Of a DNA stretch of 64,000 nt, positions 49,023 to 58,500 are shown one piece after another. The notes beneath the pieces were generated by a model. The model was not told where the DNA came from, ran no database searches, and worked only from the letters and a program-made list of their open reading frames with translations. Source of the DNA: an uncultured Verrucomicrobiae bacterium (lineage in GTDB: Bacteria; Verrucomicrobiota; Verrucomicrobiia; Limisphaerales; Palsa-1400); the NCBI GenBank assembly GCA_963702845.1, contig OY969763.1, positions 1,504,001-1,568,000 of the forward strand. Reading direction: 5' to 3'. The translations under genes and the position numbers were made by a program. Each line of letters begins with the position of its first letter. The stretch's first letter is position 1.

Positions 49023-50159
49023 TTAGAACATTGCGTTTGTGTAAAAATGAACGGCTCCCTTTTCAGCACCGGTTTTAGCCGCATCGTTGTTGAGTTTCTT
49101 CAACTTCGCTTGGGCATCCTTTTGAAACTGTTCCAATTCAAGTTTGCGAGCTGCAGGCAATGCTGGTTGAGTGAGTTCTGCCGCGATCGCGTTTGCGTTA
49201 GAACGCAAAATTGCCCGGTACCGGCCAAATTCGTTATAATCTTTGGGAGCTGCGGCATTGACCACCGTGCTTTGCAGATTATGAGCAGCGGGTGGTGGAG
49301 GTGTAGTGAACTGAAGATAGGAGGCAGGGATAAACGAGCCAAGATTATTGAGGGCATCGACCTGTTCTTTCGCGCGAGGGTCGCCGTTAGCAGCGGCGGC
49401 CTGCAAGCGCGAATAGACATGGTTCAAAATCGTTTCATCGTGGATAGCGGAATCCGTGCGCGTGCCAACAGCGCCGGAAATCGCCATGGAATCGAGGGCG
49501 GCCTTTATCTGCGGGTTTCCCGCTGCGATTTCGGCGGCTTTGCCTGTGGCAAAGGATTGTTTTATGCGCACACCACCGTTGTTCGGGAAATTGGTGGTAA
49601 TGCCTGTTTCATTGGTGGTTGAATTGACGGTAATATCGGCATATACGGACCGGACTTCCGCCTCGGACTCTTCGACAGGTATGATCGTGCCCTCCACCCG
49701 TTTATACCCGAGCAGAAACGTGGGACTTACGTCCTGTTTGCCCGCAGAAATCTTCAGCCCGAAACTTGTATCGGTCACGAAGAAGAGCGGATCTTGGCCG
49801 GTGGTTGAATTCCTGCATGGACAGCCCGCCCCGGCGTCAGCAACCGGAGGCGTAGAACGAGCAGCGATTTGCGCGGCTTTGCCGGTAGCAAACGTCTGGC
49901 GAATCGTGTATTTGGGCGGAAACCATTTCATGTCCGCATCGAGGCCGCCGTAAACAGAGTACGGATCGCCAGTGGTGCTGCGTGGGACGATGGCGCCTTC
50001 GTATCGGCTAGTAGAGAGGGAGACTTTGTCGGGCATTTGGGCTGTGCCCGACACTTCCATACCGATGGATGTTTTCGTTGCGAAGAAGAGGCGGGGAGCG
50101 CATCCGGTATGGATCAGAAGCCCCAAACAGATTATTGCATTTGCGATTATTGTTTTCAA
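49023..50159 (-). CDS. Putative lipoprotein with internal duplication
   Basis: Signal ending HTG-C; repeated motifs LFFxTxTSxG...R.EG.I.P...SVY...I.Q.FATGKAA. Confidence 0.75.
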   Translation of the reverse strand: MKTIIANAIICLGLLIHTGCAPRLFFATKTSIGMEVSGTAQMPDKVSLSTSRYEGAIVPRSTTGDPYSVYGGLDADMKWFPPKYTIRQTFATGKAAQIAARSTPPVADAGAGCPCRNSTTGQDPLFFVTDTSFGLKISAGKQDVSPTFLLGYKRVEGTIIPVEESEAEVRSVYADITVNSTTNETGITTNFPNNGGVRIKQSFATGKAAEIAAGNPQIKAALDSMAISGAVGTRTDSAIHDETILNHVYSRLQAAAANGDPRAKEQVDALNNLGSFIPASYLQFTTPPPPAAHNLQSTVVNAAAPKDYNEFGRYRAILRSNANAIAAELTQPALPAARKLELEQFQKDAQAKLKKLNNDAAKTGAEKGAVHFYTNAMF

Positions 50160-50788
50160 TGAGATGTAATGGAGTGGATTGAATAGTTGAAGTCGGGAAC
50201 TGACGGAGAAAAATTATATTCGACATCGCCGCTGACGTTCTCATCGAGAACGGTCGTCAAGGTCGTTTTCGAGATACCGATTTTGAGGTTAGGGTCGGCA
50301 TTGGCGACGCGAAGGCAGCCGCCCTTGACGCTGTTCACAAGAAGCCGCACGTGATTGTTCTCGCGCGGGATGCGGTAATGGACGAAGCCCAAATACCAGC
50401 CGTTGACATTGCCAAAGCCGAAGCCCGAGGGCGCGAGAAAACGGTTGGTGGCAGAATTAGAGAGCACGAATCCGCGCGCCTGCTGTTGCCAACCTAATGC
50501 GGCTTCGATTCCCACCGGAATGACGGCAAGATCAAACGGGGCGGTTTGGGTCTTTTCCTTGGCCAAAACCGTTCTGTAGTCCAAGGGTCTCAATTCGACG
50601 GTGTGACGGGACAGTCCCATCGACCAGGTATCGCCGGCGGCTGATTCGAATCGAAAGGCACAGCCGGCGCAGGAAGTTACAACTAGAAGCAGGCTGAAAA
50701 TAGAAGCTTTGGTGAAAGCAACCGACCGGAACGGGGTTGCTGTTCTGGATGAAAACCGATTGCTACATTTTCTCCGCTCATCACTCAT
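50156..50788 (-). CDS. Putative lipoprotein
   Basis: LLLVVTSCAGC lipobox-like segment; 4-bp overlap with the next gene; start uncertain. Confidence 0.55.
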   Translation of the reverse strand: MSDERRKCSNRFSSRTATPFRSVAFTKASIFSLLLVVTSCAGCAFRFESAAGDTWSMGLSRHTVELRPLDYRTVLAKEKTQTAPFDLAVIPVGIEAALGWQQQARGFVLSNSATNRFLAPSGFGFGNVNGWYLGFVHYRIPRENNHVRLLVNSVKGGCLRVANADPNLKIGISKTTLTTVLDENVSGDVEYNFSPSVPDFNYSIHSITSH

Positions 50789-51119
50789 TCCGTAAGCTCC
50801 GGTTTCAGTATTGCTGACAACAATACGCCATCGACAGGTCGAGCCCGTCCTGATTGTCGATCCGCCTCGCTGACATTCTAGGTATTTTGACAATCGTTCG
50901 CCCGTGAATATGCATTGCTGTATTTGACTGCGCGCGGACGTTAACAACGAATGCACGGAATAGGCAAGAGTTTAATTGACAGCCTTTGCTTATGCATCGA
51001 AACCGGAGATATCAGGTTACTGATTTTCGGTTCTATGTTATTATTCTAGTCTGTTTCTTAATCAGACAGCCACTGAGACGAAATTGCGGTCAAATACGGT
51101 GGGGGTTACATACGCGATA

Positions 51120-51326
51120 TCATTCGTTGGTTTTGACCAAACGGATATCCATGACATCATCGGGATTGAAAGCTTCATCGGTTTGACAATCTTCACCGTT
51201 GAACACTAATGCGTTCTCAATGAGATGATTGTTTTTCAGGACCAAGGTTACCCTCTGGTAACCCATTCCCGACTCGGGCATCTGTGCCAGACGCTGGCTC
51301 CAGAATTTGTTGAGGCGGATGATCAT
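51120..51326 (-). CDS. Small PExGMGYQ-motif protein (putative antitoxin/partner)
   Basis: MIIRLNKFWSQRLAQMPESGMGYQRV...; starts 1 bp after the upstream stop. Confidence 0.75.
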   Translation of the reverse strand: MIIRLNKFWSQRLAQMPESGMGYQRVTLVLKNNHLIENALVFNGEDCQTDEAFNPDDVMDIRLVKTNE

Positions 51327-51327
51327 C

Positions 51328-52095
51328 TTATCTGTCCGGGATGGTCGTTGGTCCGGCAACTGTGCCATCGGGCAGCCCCAGAACAAAGATCACTTCTTCA
51401 CCACCTCCGGGCTGATTGTTAGCGGGTTGCACAGTTCCACGTTTAACCTCCGAATCCTTCGCCGGTGAGATAGTGAACACGTTGCTTGCCGGCTTGCTGT
51501 TTGGCAGCGCATATCGTGCGACCGCATCTGTTCCGGTACGAACGTGCGCATCCGCGTCCTGCTTTGTCGTCGCGAACGTTCCCGGAGTAAGGCCTTTGCC
51601 TGAAGTGACGCGTATGTCGTTGGCGTACTGCGAAAAGCGTTTAAATATTTCGTTTTCTACGGTCAATGTAACCGGGGCTGTTTCAGCAGCCGCGCTTTTA
51701 GCACATAAGGAAAAGTTCTGGGCTTCCGCGAGTAAGGTGGTGCGCGTATTTCCCAATGCGTAACTGGCCTGACTTTCTTTCCGGTTTGCCAGAACTCGGA
51801 ATTTCTCGTTTGCGAAGACTACTTGGCGCACTCCTTTCAGCGTTTCGGGTTCGCGGGGTATAAGTGTTACATTCTTTACTATCAACCTCGATTTCCTCGC
51901 CTCGGTAAGGATGTAATTCCAATTTCCGAACATGTGGTAAGGGTAATCGTCCCGTTTCAAAAAAACCTGGCTGTTGACTACTATTCCTGATTCTGTTCCA
52001 CCGGTGTTCAAAGTGGCGATCACCTTTTGGTAGCCCATGCGATACTCAGGTTGTTTAGACAACCAATATTCCAACCATCCTTCTAGTGGCAGCAT
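51328..52095 (-). CDS. PExxMGYQ N-terminal domain plus C-terminal TNT-like toxin domain
   Basis: QPEYRMGYQKV; C-terminal FKRFS...GTFAT...RYALP...GTVQPANNQPGGGEEV. Confidence 0.7.
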   Translation of the reverse strand: MLPLEGWLEYWLSKQPEYRMGYQKVIATLNTGGTESGIVVNSQVFLKRDDYPYHMFGNWNYILTEARKSRLIVKNVTLIPREPETLKGVRQVVFANEKFRVLANRKESQASYALGNTRTTLLAEAQNFSLCAKSAAAETAPVTLTVENEIFKRFSQYANDIRVTSGKGLTPGTFATTKQDADAHVRTGTDAVARYALPNSKPASNVFTISPAKDSEVKRGTVQPANNQPGGGEEVIFVLGLPDGTVAGPTTIPDR

Positions 52096-52297
52096 GGGGA
52101 GTTGATAAGCGCGTGCGTACGATAACGCAATCCGTTTTCGCGAGATTTCGACGCTCATGCGGCGACAGCGTTCTTAAAGCGAGTACGACTAACGAAGGGA
52201 CATTGACAGTCACGGACGATCATGGGAACGAATTATTACGGGGACGCTTTCGCGTGGCCGCTGGGCTAATTTCTGTAACCCCTTCGGGGTATTTCAA

Positions 52298-52419
52298 AAC
52301 CCTGTCAAAAGTTTTTGCACAGAAAAATGGCGTGCAGGGGCGTTGTGGTGCGCGGCGAGGCGTGCTGGTGCGTGGTGGGTTTTGAGCTTCGGAGGAATTT
52401 TCAAAAACATGTGATAAAA
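52298..52419. repeat. Conserved-end phased-array element, copy 2 (5 x 10 bp)
   Basis: Same ends as 42670; units ggcgtgcagg ggcgttgtgg tgcgcggcga ggcgtgctgg tgcgtggtgg. Confidence 0.88.
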
Positions 52420-52444
52420 AGGTTCGCGTGAGTGCGACCAGGAA

Positions 52445-52568
52445 AACCCTGTCAAAACTTTTTTTCACAGAAAAACTGCATGTCCGTGCATGTTCCTGCA
52501 ACTCCCTGCATGTTGGTGCATGTCGGTTTAGGGACTTCGGAAAAATTCTCAAAAACATGTGCTAGAAA
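52445..52568. repeat. Conserved-end phased-array element, copy 3 (5 x 10 bp, different unit)
   Basis: Same ends; units tgcatgtccg tgcatgttcc tgcaactccc tgcatgttgg tgcatgtcgg. Confidence 0.88.
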
Positions 52569-52727
52569 TCTACGCATGAAAAAGAACCATCAGTTTATCA
52601 AGAGGCCGGCGAAGCCGGTGGCGCATCCACAGTCGAATAAGCAAGCTGCGGATTCTCAACGCAAACGTGCCGCACAGAATAGGGTGCAAGTCGGCCAGTG
52701 TGAGCCATCTTCAAAAAACTGCCCGAA

Positions 52728-52767
52728 TGTCGCATGGTTTCGCTTTGTTTCGCGTGGCTTCGCTAGA
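52728..52767. repeat. 10-bp phased array (TCGC core)
   Basis: tgtcgcatgg tttcgctttg tttcgcgtgg cttcgctaga. Confidence 0.7.
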
Positions 52768-52890
52768 CGCCTGGCGGCGAAACTCTCACACTATACACAC
52801 ATGAAAGAGACATCGCGTTCGACCAACTACCTGTCGCGCCGAAGTCAGACGCAGGCGGATCAACCCTCAACCATTAACTTGTTTTAACCA

Positions 52891-53262
52891 ATGCATTCTA
52901 CAGACACAAAATCAAAGTTCCTCGAGTTCCGCGGCAAAGGCTGGAGCCTTGCCCGCATCGCAAAACAAATCGATGTCAGCGTCCGCACCTTGGCCGACTG
53001 GAACCAGCAACACCGCCAGGAAATACGCACGCTCCGCGCCATCGATATCGAAGCTCTTCAGGAAAAGTTTCTCGCCACCCACGAGCAGGAGCTCAGTTCT
53101 CTCACCGCCCAACTCCAGCGCATCGAGCAAGCGATCGGCGACAGCAAACTCCAATTCGTCGAAACTAAAGACTTATTCCGACTGGCTGCCGTGACCCGCG
53201 CCGAAATCCGCAAAGTCATCATACCCACGGAGCCGGATGATAAATCGCATGCACAAAACTAA
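52891..53262 (+). CDS. Small HTH protein with coiled-coil C-terminus
   Basis: GWSLARIAKQIDVSVRTLADW HTH motif. Confidence 0.82.
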   Translation: MHSTDTKSKFLEFRGKGWSLARIAKQIDVSVRTLADWNQQHRQEIRTLRAIDIEALQEKFLATHEQELSSLTAQLQRIEQAIGDSKLQFVETKDLFRLAAVTRAEIRKVIIPTEPDDKSHAQN

Positions 53263-53265
53263 AAT

Positions 53266-53636
53266 TGCATCGTTTCTGCATCATTTTTGCATCATTTCCC
53301 AAATGGAGGCCGTTACAAAATCCAGCGGCGGTCACGTTTGGTCACGTTCGGTCATGTTCAGTCATCTTTGGTCACGCGCGCCCATTGCTTGCGTCCTTCT
53401 TGTCGCGCCGGAGCGCCGCGGGAAGGCGGACGCGCCCGTCGCGCAAAATCCATTACCGGTCAAATTCGGTAAAGAAAAGGTAAAGAAACAGTAAAGTTTT
53501 GCCCCTCGTAAAATGAACACGGTTCAAACGAAAAAACGTACAGAAAATGTACAGAGAGGTTCAGTTTTCGGTTCACGCCTGAAAAACCGTGAAAAAGGTA
53601 ACGGGAGGTAATCAGAAGTAATCGGAGGTAATCCGT
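53266..53636. repeat. Cluster of five different 10-11 bp phased arrays
   Basis: TGCATC x3 (53266, period 11); GTCAC/T x5 (53331, period 10); GTAAAG x3 (53469, period 11); GTACAG/GTTCA x4 (53538); GTAA x4 (53597, period 10). Confidence 0.82.
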
Positions 53637-53678
53637 GCTATGCTGCGTTCAACCCAAATCACTCATCACTCATCACGT

Positions 53679-55178
53679 TCAATTTTCGCCGGGGTCGGTT
53701 TTCCAGGGCTTTTGGTTGAAATCGGATTGGGGCAGGCGGTCGGGGATGTTGATTTTGGGCAGGTAGGTTGCGAGGTGTTTTTTGATGGGCAGGCTTTCAG
53801 GTTTGGAGGCGATGTTGGTCCATTCCTTTGGGTCGGCTTGTTCGTCGTAGAGTTCTTCATCGCCGTTGGCGTAGCGAATGTAGCGCCATTGATCGGTGCG
53901 GACAGCGTGATTGTTCGGCCCGTAGGTGCTGATGGCGGGACGGTCCCACGGGGCTTCTGGATTTTTTAGCAGCCCAATGAAGCTGATGCCTTCGAGAGTG
54001 TTCGGGGTTTGCAGCCCGCACAGTTCCGTCATGGTTGGGTAAATATCCAGGAAACTGACGATGCGGGAACAGCGCTGGTTGGGTTTAGTCAGGCCGGGGA
54101 CGACGAACGCGAGCGGGACGTGGGTGGCTTCTTCCCAGAGGACGTGTTTTTGCCAGTGCAACTTTTCGCCGAGGTGCCAACCGTTATCGCTCCAGAGTAC
54201 GATGAGTGTGTTGGTGGCATATGGGCTTTTGTCAAAGGCGTCGAGCACGCGGCCGACGCAGGCGTCGGAGAAGCTGCACGTGGCCAGATAAGCTTGCACG
54301 GCGCTTTTCCAAAGATGGTTGGTGACAATCATCTGGTGGTTGCCGGCTTTGAGGCCCGGCGCCTGGTTGGCCCAGAGTTTTCCGGTCGGCGGCAAATCGG
54401 AAACGTCATCTTCTTTTATTTCCGGCAAAACGATTTTGTCGAGCGGATGCATGTCGAAATATTTTTGCGGGACACGCAAGGGGATGTGCGGTTTGAAAAA
54501 ACCGACAGCGAGGAAGAGCGGACGATCATTGGTTTCGGCCAGATGACGCACGGCCCAGTTGGCGATTTTCATGTCCGACATCTGGTCGTCGGTGGCGGGG
54601 AGCGGTCCCCAGCCGAACGGCTTTTTCTTCGCGTCCGGATCGCGCGGCGCTTTGACGTCGTCGAGGGGAATTGGAAAGTATTCCTCCCACGATTTGGGAT
54701 CCGAGCTGTGATTTTGGATGTCGAAAACCTTGCCGCCGCCGAGCACGCGATAACCATTGGCGCGAAAGTATTGTGGGAGCGTCACCACATTGGGAATGAA
54801 TTTGCGAAAGCGATGTTGGTTGCCATAGACGCCGGTGGTGGATGGCCGCAGGCTCGTGACCAGCGCGATCCGCGACGGATTGCAGAGGGGCGCGGCGCAG
54901 TAGGCATGGGTGAAGAGCATGCCGCGTTTGGCGAGGCGATCGATGTTCGGTGTGCTGGCCTGCGGATGAACGCCGAGCGCGCCGACCCAACAGTTCATAT
55001 CATCAACGGCGATGAAGAGGACGTTTGGCTTCGTCGCCGCGTGAATTGAAACCGCAAGCAGCAGCAGGAGAATGGAGACGGCGTGAACCGCCCGTTTGAC
55101 GGCTATGGCTGGAAAGTGGCGAGAACGTTGGTGCACTGAGCAGAACGTAATATCTGATTCGCCCGTTTGACAATACAT
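53679..55178 (-). CDS. Sulfatase (S1, iduronate-2-sulfatase-like)
   Basis: PNVLFIAVDDM, TPNIDRLA, CNPSR, KPHIP, SDNGWHLGEK, EELYD...DPKEW; start uncertain. Confidence 0.93.
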   Translation of the reverse strand: MYCQTGESDITFCSVHQRSRHFPAIAVKRAVHAVSILLLLLAVSIHAATKPNVLFIAVDDMNCWVGALGVHPQASTPNIDRLAKRGMLFTHAYCAAPLCNPSRIALVTSLRPSTTGVYGNQHRFRKFIPNVVTLPQYFRANGYRVLGGGKVFDIQNHSSDPKSWEEYFPIPLDDVKAPRDPDAKKKPFGWGPLPATDDQMSDMKIANWAVRHLAETNDRPLFLAVGFFKPHIPLRVPQKYFDMHPLDKIVLPEIKEDDVSDLPPTGKLWANQAPGLKAGNHQMIVTNHLWKSAVQAYLATCSFSDACVGRVLDAFDKSPYATNTLIVLWSDNGWHLGEKLHWQKHVLWEEATHVPLAFVVPGLTKPNQRCSRIVSFLDIYPTMTELCGLQTPNTLEGISFIGLLKNPEAPWDRPAISTYGPNNHAVRTDQWRYIRYANGDEELYDEQADPKEWTNIASKPESLPIKKHLATYLPKINIPDRLPQSDFNQKPWKTDPGEN

Positions 55179-55559
55179 TTGGCTTTGGGGCGGCGACTAT
55201 GTAGTTCACAGCACGGAAATTGATGCGTAGGTGCGTCGGCAGGAGGGTTGTAGGAAGTGATTTTAGAATTCGTCTTCATCGGTGGTGATTTTGGAACTGT
55301 GCTTGGTTGCGAATCCATTGGGATGGTGGGGTTTTTGTATGAAAAGGAAGTAGCATCTTGTCAACGTATGGTAGTGACAACCTAATCGTATCTTGTAGGA
55401 CAAGTTGGTGAACTGCTACAGACGGGTCGGGGTTTCCATCACTCTGCGCTACGGAAAGCTCTTGTTGTGCGCGCGTGAACGGAGGTAAAAGCGAGGATAG
55501 TCACTCTGCCGGAACGAGTCGTTCAAAGTTGAGCTGAGCGGTTCGTTCGGGAAGAGAGG

Positions 55560-58500
55560 ATGGGAAACGGCAAAAAACATTTTAATGTTATGACCTCAAA
55601 CAATTGCAAAATACGGTTAGGTTCGGTCCACAAAGTTTCAGTTCTTTGGTCCTTTGTGGCCACACTGTTTTTGTGCCAAGCCGCAATGGGCCAGCAGTGT
55701 GATTTTTATCCGATCGCTCTTTCCGCGCAGCAGCTTTCGAATGCGGCGCCGGGAACGGTTTTGAACGACATTTATAACGGATCGGCGCCAGGTAACTTCG
55801 GGTGGATGAGCTGGGGCGGCAGTCCCAGCGAACCGGCGCTTGTTGCCAGTTTGACAGCGCCCGGGAACAGTTCGACTTATGTGAATCCCGATAATCGCGC
55901 GGATCACCAGATCTCGATTGGCGATTGGGTTTCGGCCAAACCCGGCCTCTCGAATAGCAAAGGCGTTCGTGATGCGCTTGACGCTTTGAAGTCGGTGGAT
56001 ATTACGGTGCCGGTTTGGGATTTGACACGCGGGTCCGGTGATCATGCCGCGTATCGAGTGGCGAATTTCGCGCGGATGCGATTGCTGAGTTATCAGTTGC
56101 CGGGACAAAATCGGATCAGTGCGCGGTTCCTCGGCCTAACGACCTGCGGCAGCCTCAATCTTGCGCCTGTGGTCAATGCCGGAGCTGATGTGGCGGGCAC
56201 TGTTCATTCTTTCCCGGTTACGTTCACACTCAATGGCTCGGTGAGCGACGATGGATTGCCGGCGGGCGGCACGCTGACGAGTTCATGGAGCGTGCTCAGC
56301 GGGCCAGGGACAGTGGTGTTTGCCAACAGCCACGCACCAGTGACGAGCGCCACGTTCAGCAGCGAGGGTGTTTTTGTGCTGCAACTGAGCGCCAGTGATG
56401 GCGCATTGTCATCCAGCGACACGGCGGTAGTAACGATCAACCGCACGAATCAGGCGCCGCACGCGATGGCGCAATCGGTCGCCACGGATGAAGATACGGC
56501 GGCAAATATTTTATTGGGAGGGAATGATCCGGATGGTGACTCGCTGACGTTTCAGGTGGTAGGGCTTCCGCAGTTTGGAACTTTGAGCGGCACGCCGCCG
56601 AACGTTGTTTACACGCCTAAACCCGATTACAACGGATCGGATAGTTTCACGTTTAAGGTGAACGATGGGCAATTGGATTCGGCACCGGCGACGGTGAGTA
56701 TCGCGATTCGGCCGGTGAACGATGCGCCGGTGGCGGATTCAATTTCGGTCACGAATAATGAGAACGCGACGGCGACAATCACGCTGAGCGGGTCGGATGT
56801 GGAAGGCAGTGCGTTGACGTATGTGCTGTTGACGTCGCCAGCGCACGGGACGTTGAACGTCGGGCCGGGCACGTTGGGTTCAGCTCAATTAACTTATACG
56901 CCGTCGGCGAACTTTACCGGGACTGATTCTTTTACTTTCAAGGCCAATGATGGTGAGTTGGATTCCGTGCCTGCGACTGTTTCGATCACGGTTTTGGCCG
57001 TTAATCAGCCGCCGGATGTTGATGCCGGGCCGGACCAAATCGTGAGTGAGCCGACGAATACAGTCGTTTTGGCGGGTGTGGTGACGGATGACAATTTTGC
57101 CGGGAATTCGGTGACTGTGCAATGGAGCAAAGTTTCCGGACCGGGTGAGGTGACGTTTACGAATGCGACTTCACGCATTACTAGCGCGACGTTCAGCCAG
57201 ACTGGCGTTTATGTGCTGCGGCTCACGGCGACGGATGGGCAGTTTGAAGGCAGTGATGACGTGCAAATCACCGTCAATGCCGCACCAGTGGTGAATGCTG
57301 GTGACAGTCAAACGATCACGTTGCCGGATGTTGCTACGCTCAATGGTTCGGCGAGTGACGATGGGCTTCCGGTTGGGAGTGTGTTGAGTATGTCGTGGGA
57401 TAAGGTTAGTGGCCCCGGCGCGGTAGTGTTTGGCGATGTGCACTCGGCGGCGACGACGGCGTCATTTAACGAGAGCGGTGTTTATGTGCTGCGGTTGACT
57501 GCGAACGATTCGCTGGTGAATCGCAGCAGCGATGTGACTGTGACGGTGAATCATGCGCCCGTCGTGGATGCGGGTTCGGATCAGTTGGTCACAACTCTGC
57601 AGACGGTTTTGAACGGGACGCTGTTCGACGACGGGTTGCCGAACGGCACGTTGACGACGTCGTGGAGCCAAATCTCCGGGCCGGGCTCCGCTACTTTTGA
57701 CAACGTCAATAGCGCGGCGACCAGCGTCACGTTTAGCACGAGTGGCGTTTATGTCTTGCAACTGACTGCAGACGATTCGTTGGCGCAAAGTTCTGCGCAG
57801 GTGACTATTTCCGTGGATGGTGCGCCGGTTGTGAGTGTGACGAGTGATTCGCCGGTAAATTTTGGCAGCGCGGTAACGTTGAGCGGGACCGCAACGGATG
57901 ACGGGTTGCCCAACGGTTCTACGCTCACGTATTTATGGAGTCAGGTGAGTGGACCGGGCGTTGTGACTTTTGCTGATGCGACAGCTTCGCAGACGACTGC
58001 GTCGTTCAGCGACTCGGGAACCTATGTAATGCAATTGACCGCGAGCGACTCGTTGCTGACAGCGTCGGCGAACGTGACTGTGATTGTGAATGGAGCACCG
58101 ACAGTCAGCGCCGGAGCAAACCAAACTGTTACTCTGCCGCAATCGGCAACGCTCAATGGGTCTGTCAGCGATGACGGGCTGCCTTACGGGAGCGTGACGG
58201 TGAATTGGACGAAGGTGAGTGGCCCCGGTTCGGTGATGTTTGGAGATGCTGCTTCGGCGATTACGACGGCGTCGTTTTCGGGTTCTGGAATTTACGTTCT
58301 TCGTTTGACCGCGAATGACGGGCTGACGAACAGCAGCAGTGATGTGACCGTGATTGCGAATAGCGCGCCAACCGTCAATGCGGGTTCGGATCAGGTGGTC
58401 ACAAATCTGCAAGCCGTCCTCACTGGTTCGGTGGCGGATGACGGTTTGCCGAACGGCACGGTGACGAGTTCGTGGACAGAAGTTTCCGGGCCCGGCGTGG

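Noticed and set aside
52250..52292. ACCCCTTCGGGGT hairpin as a terminator
   Set aside because: Not downstream of a gene end; more likely a REP-like half element, too short to call.
39009..53262. Intact prophage or complete integron
   Set aside because: No capsid, portal, tail, full terminase or tyrosine integrase is visible.
52298..53640. CRISPR array
   Set aside because: No identical 23-47 bp repeats with unique spacers and no cas genes.
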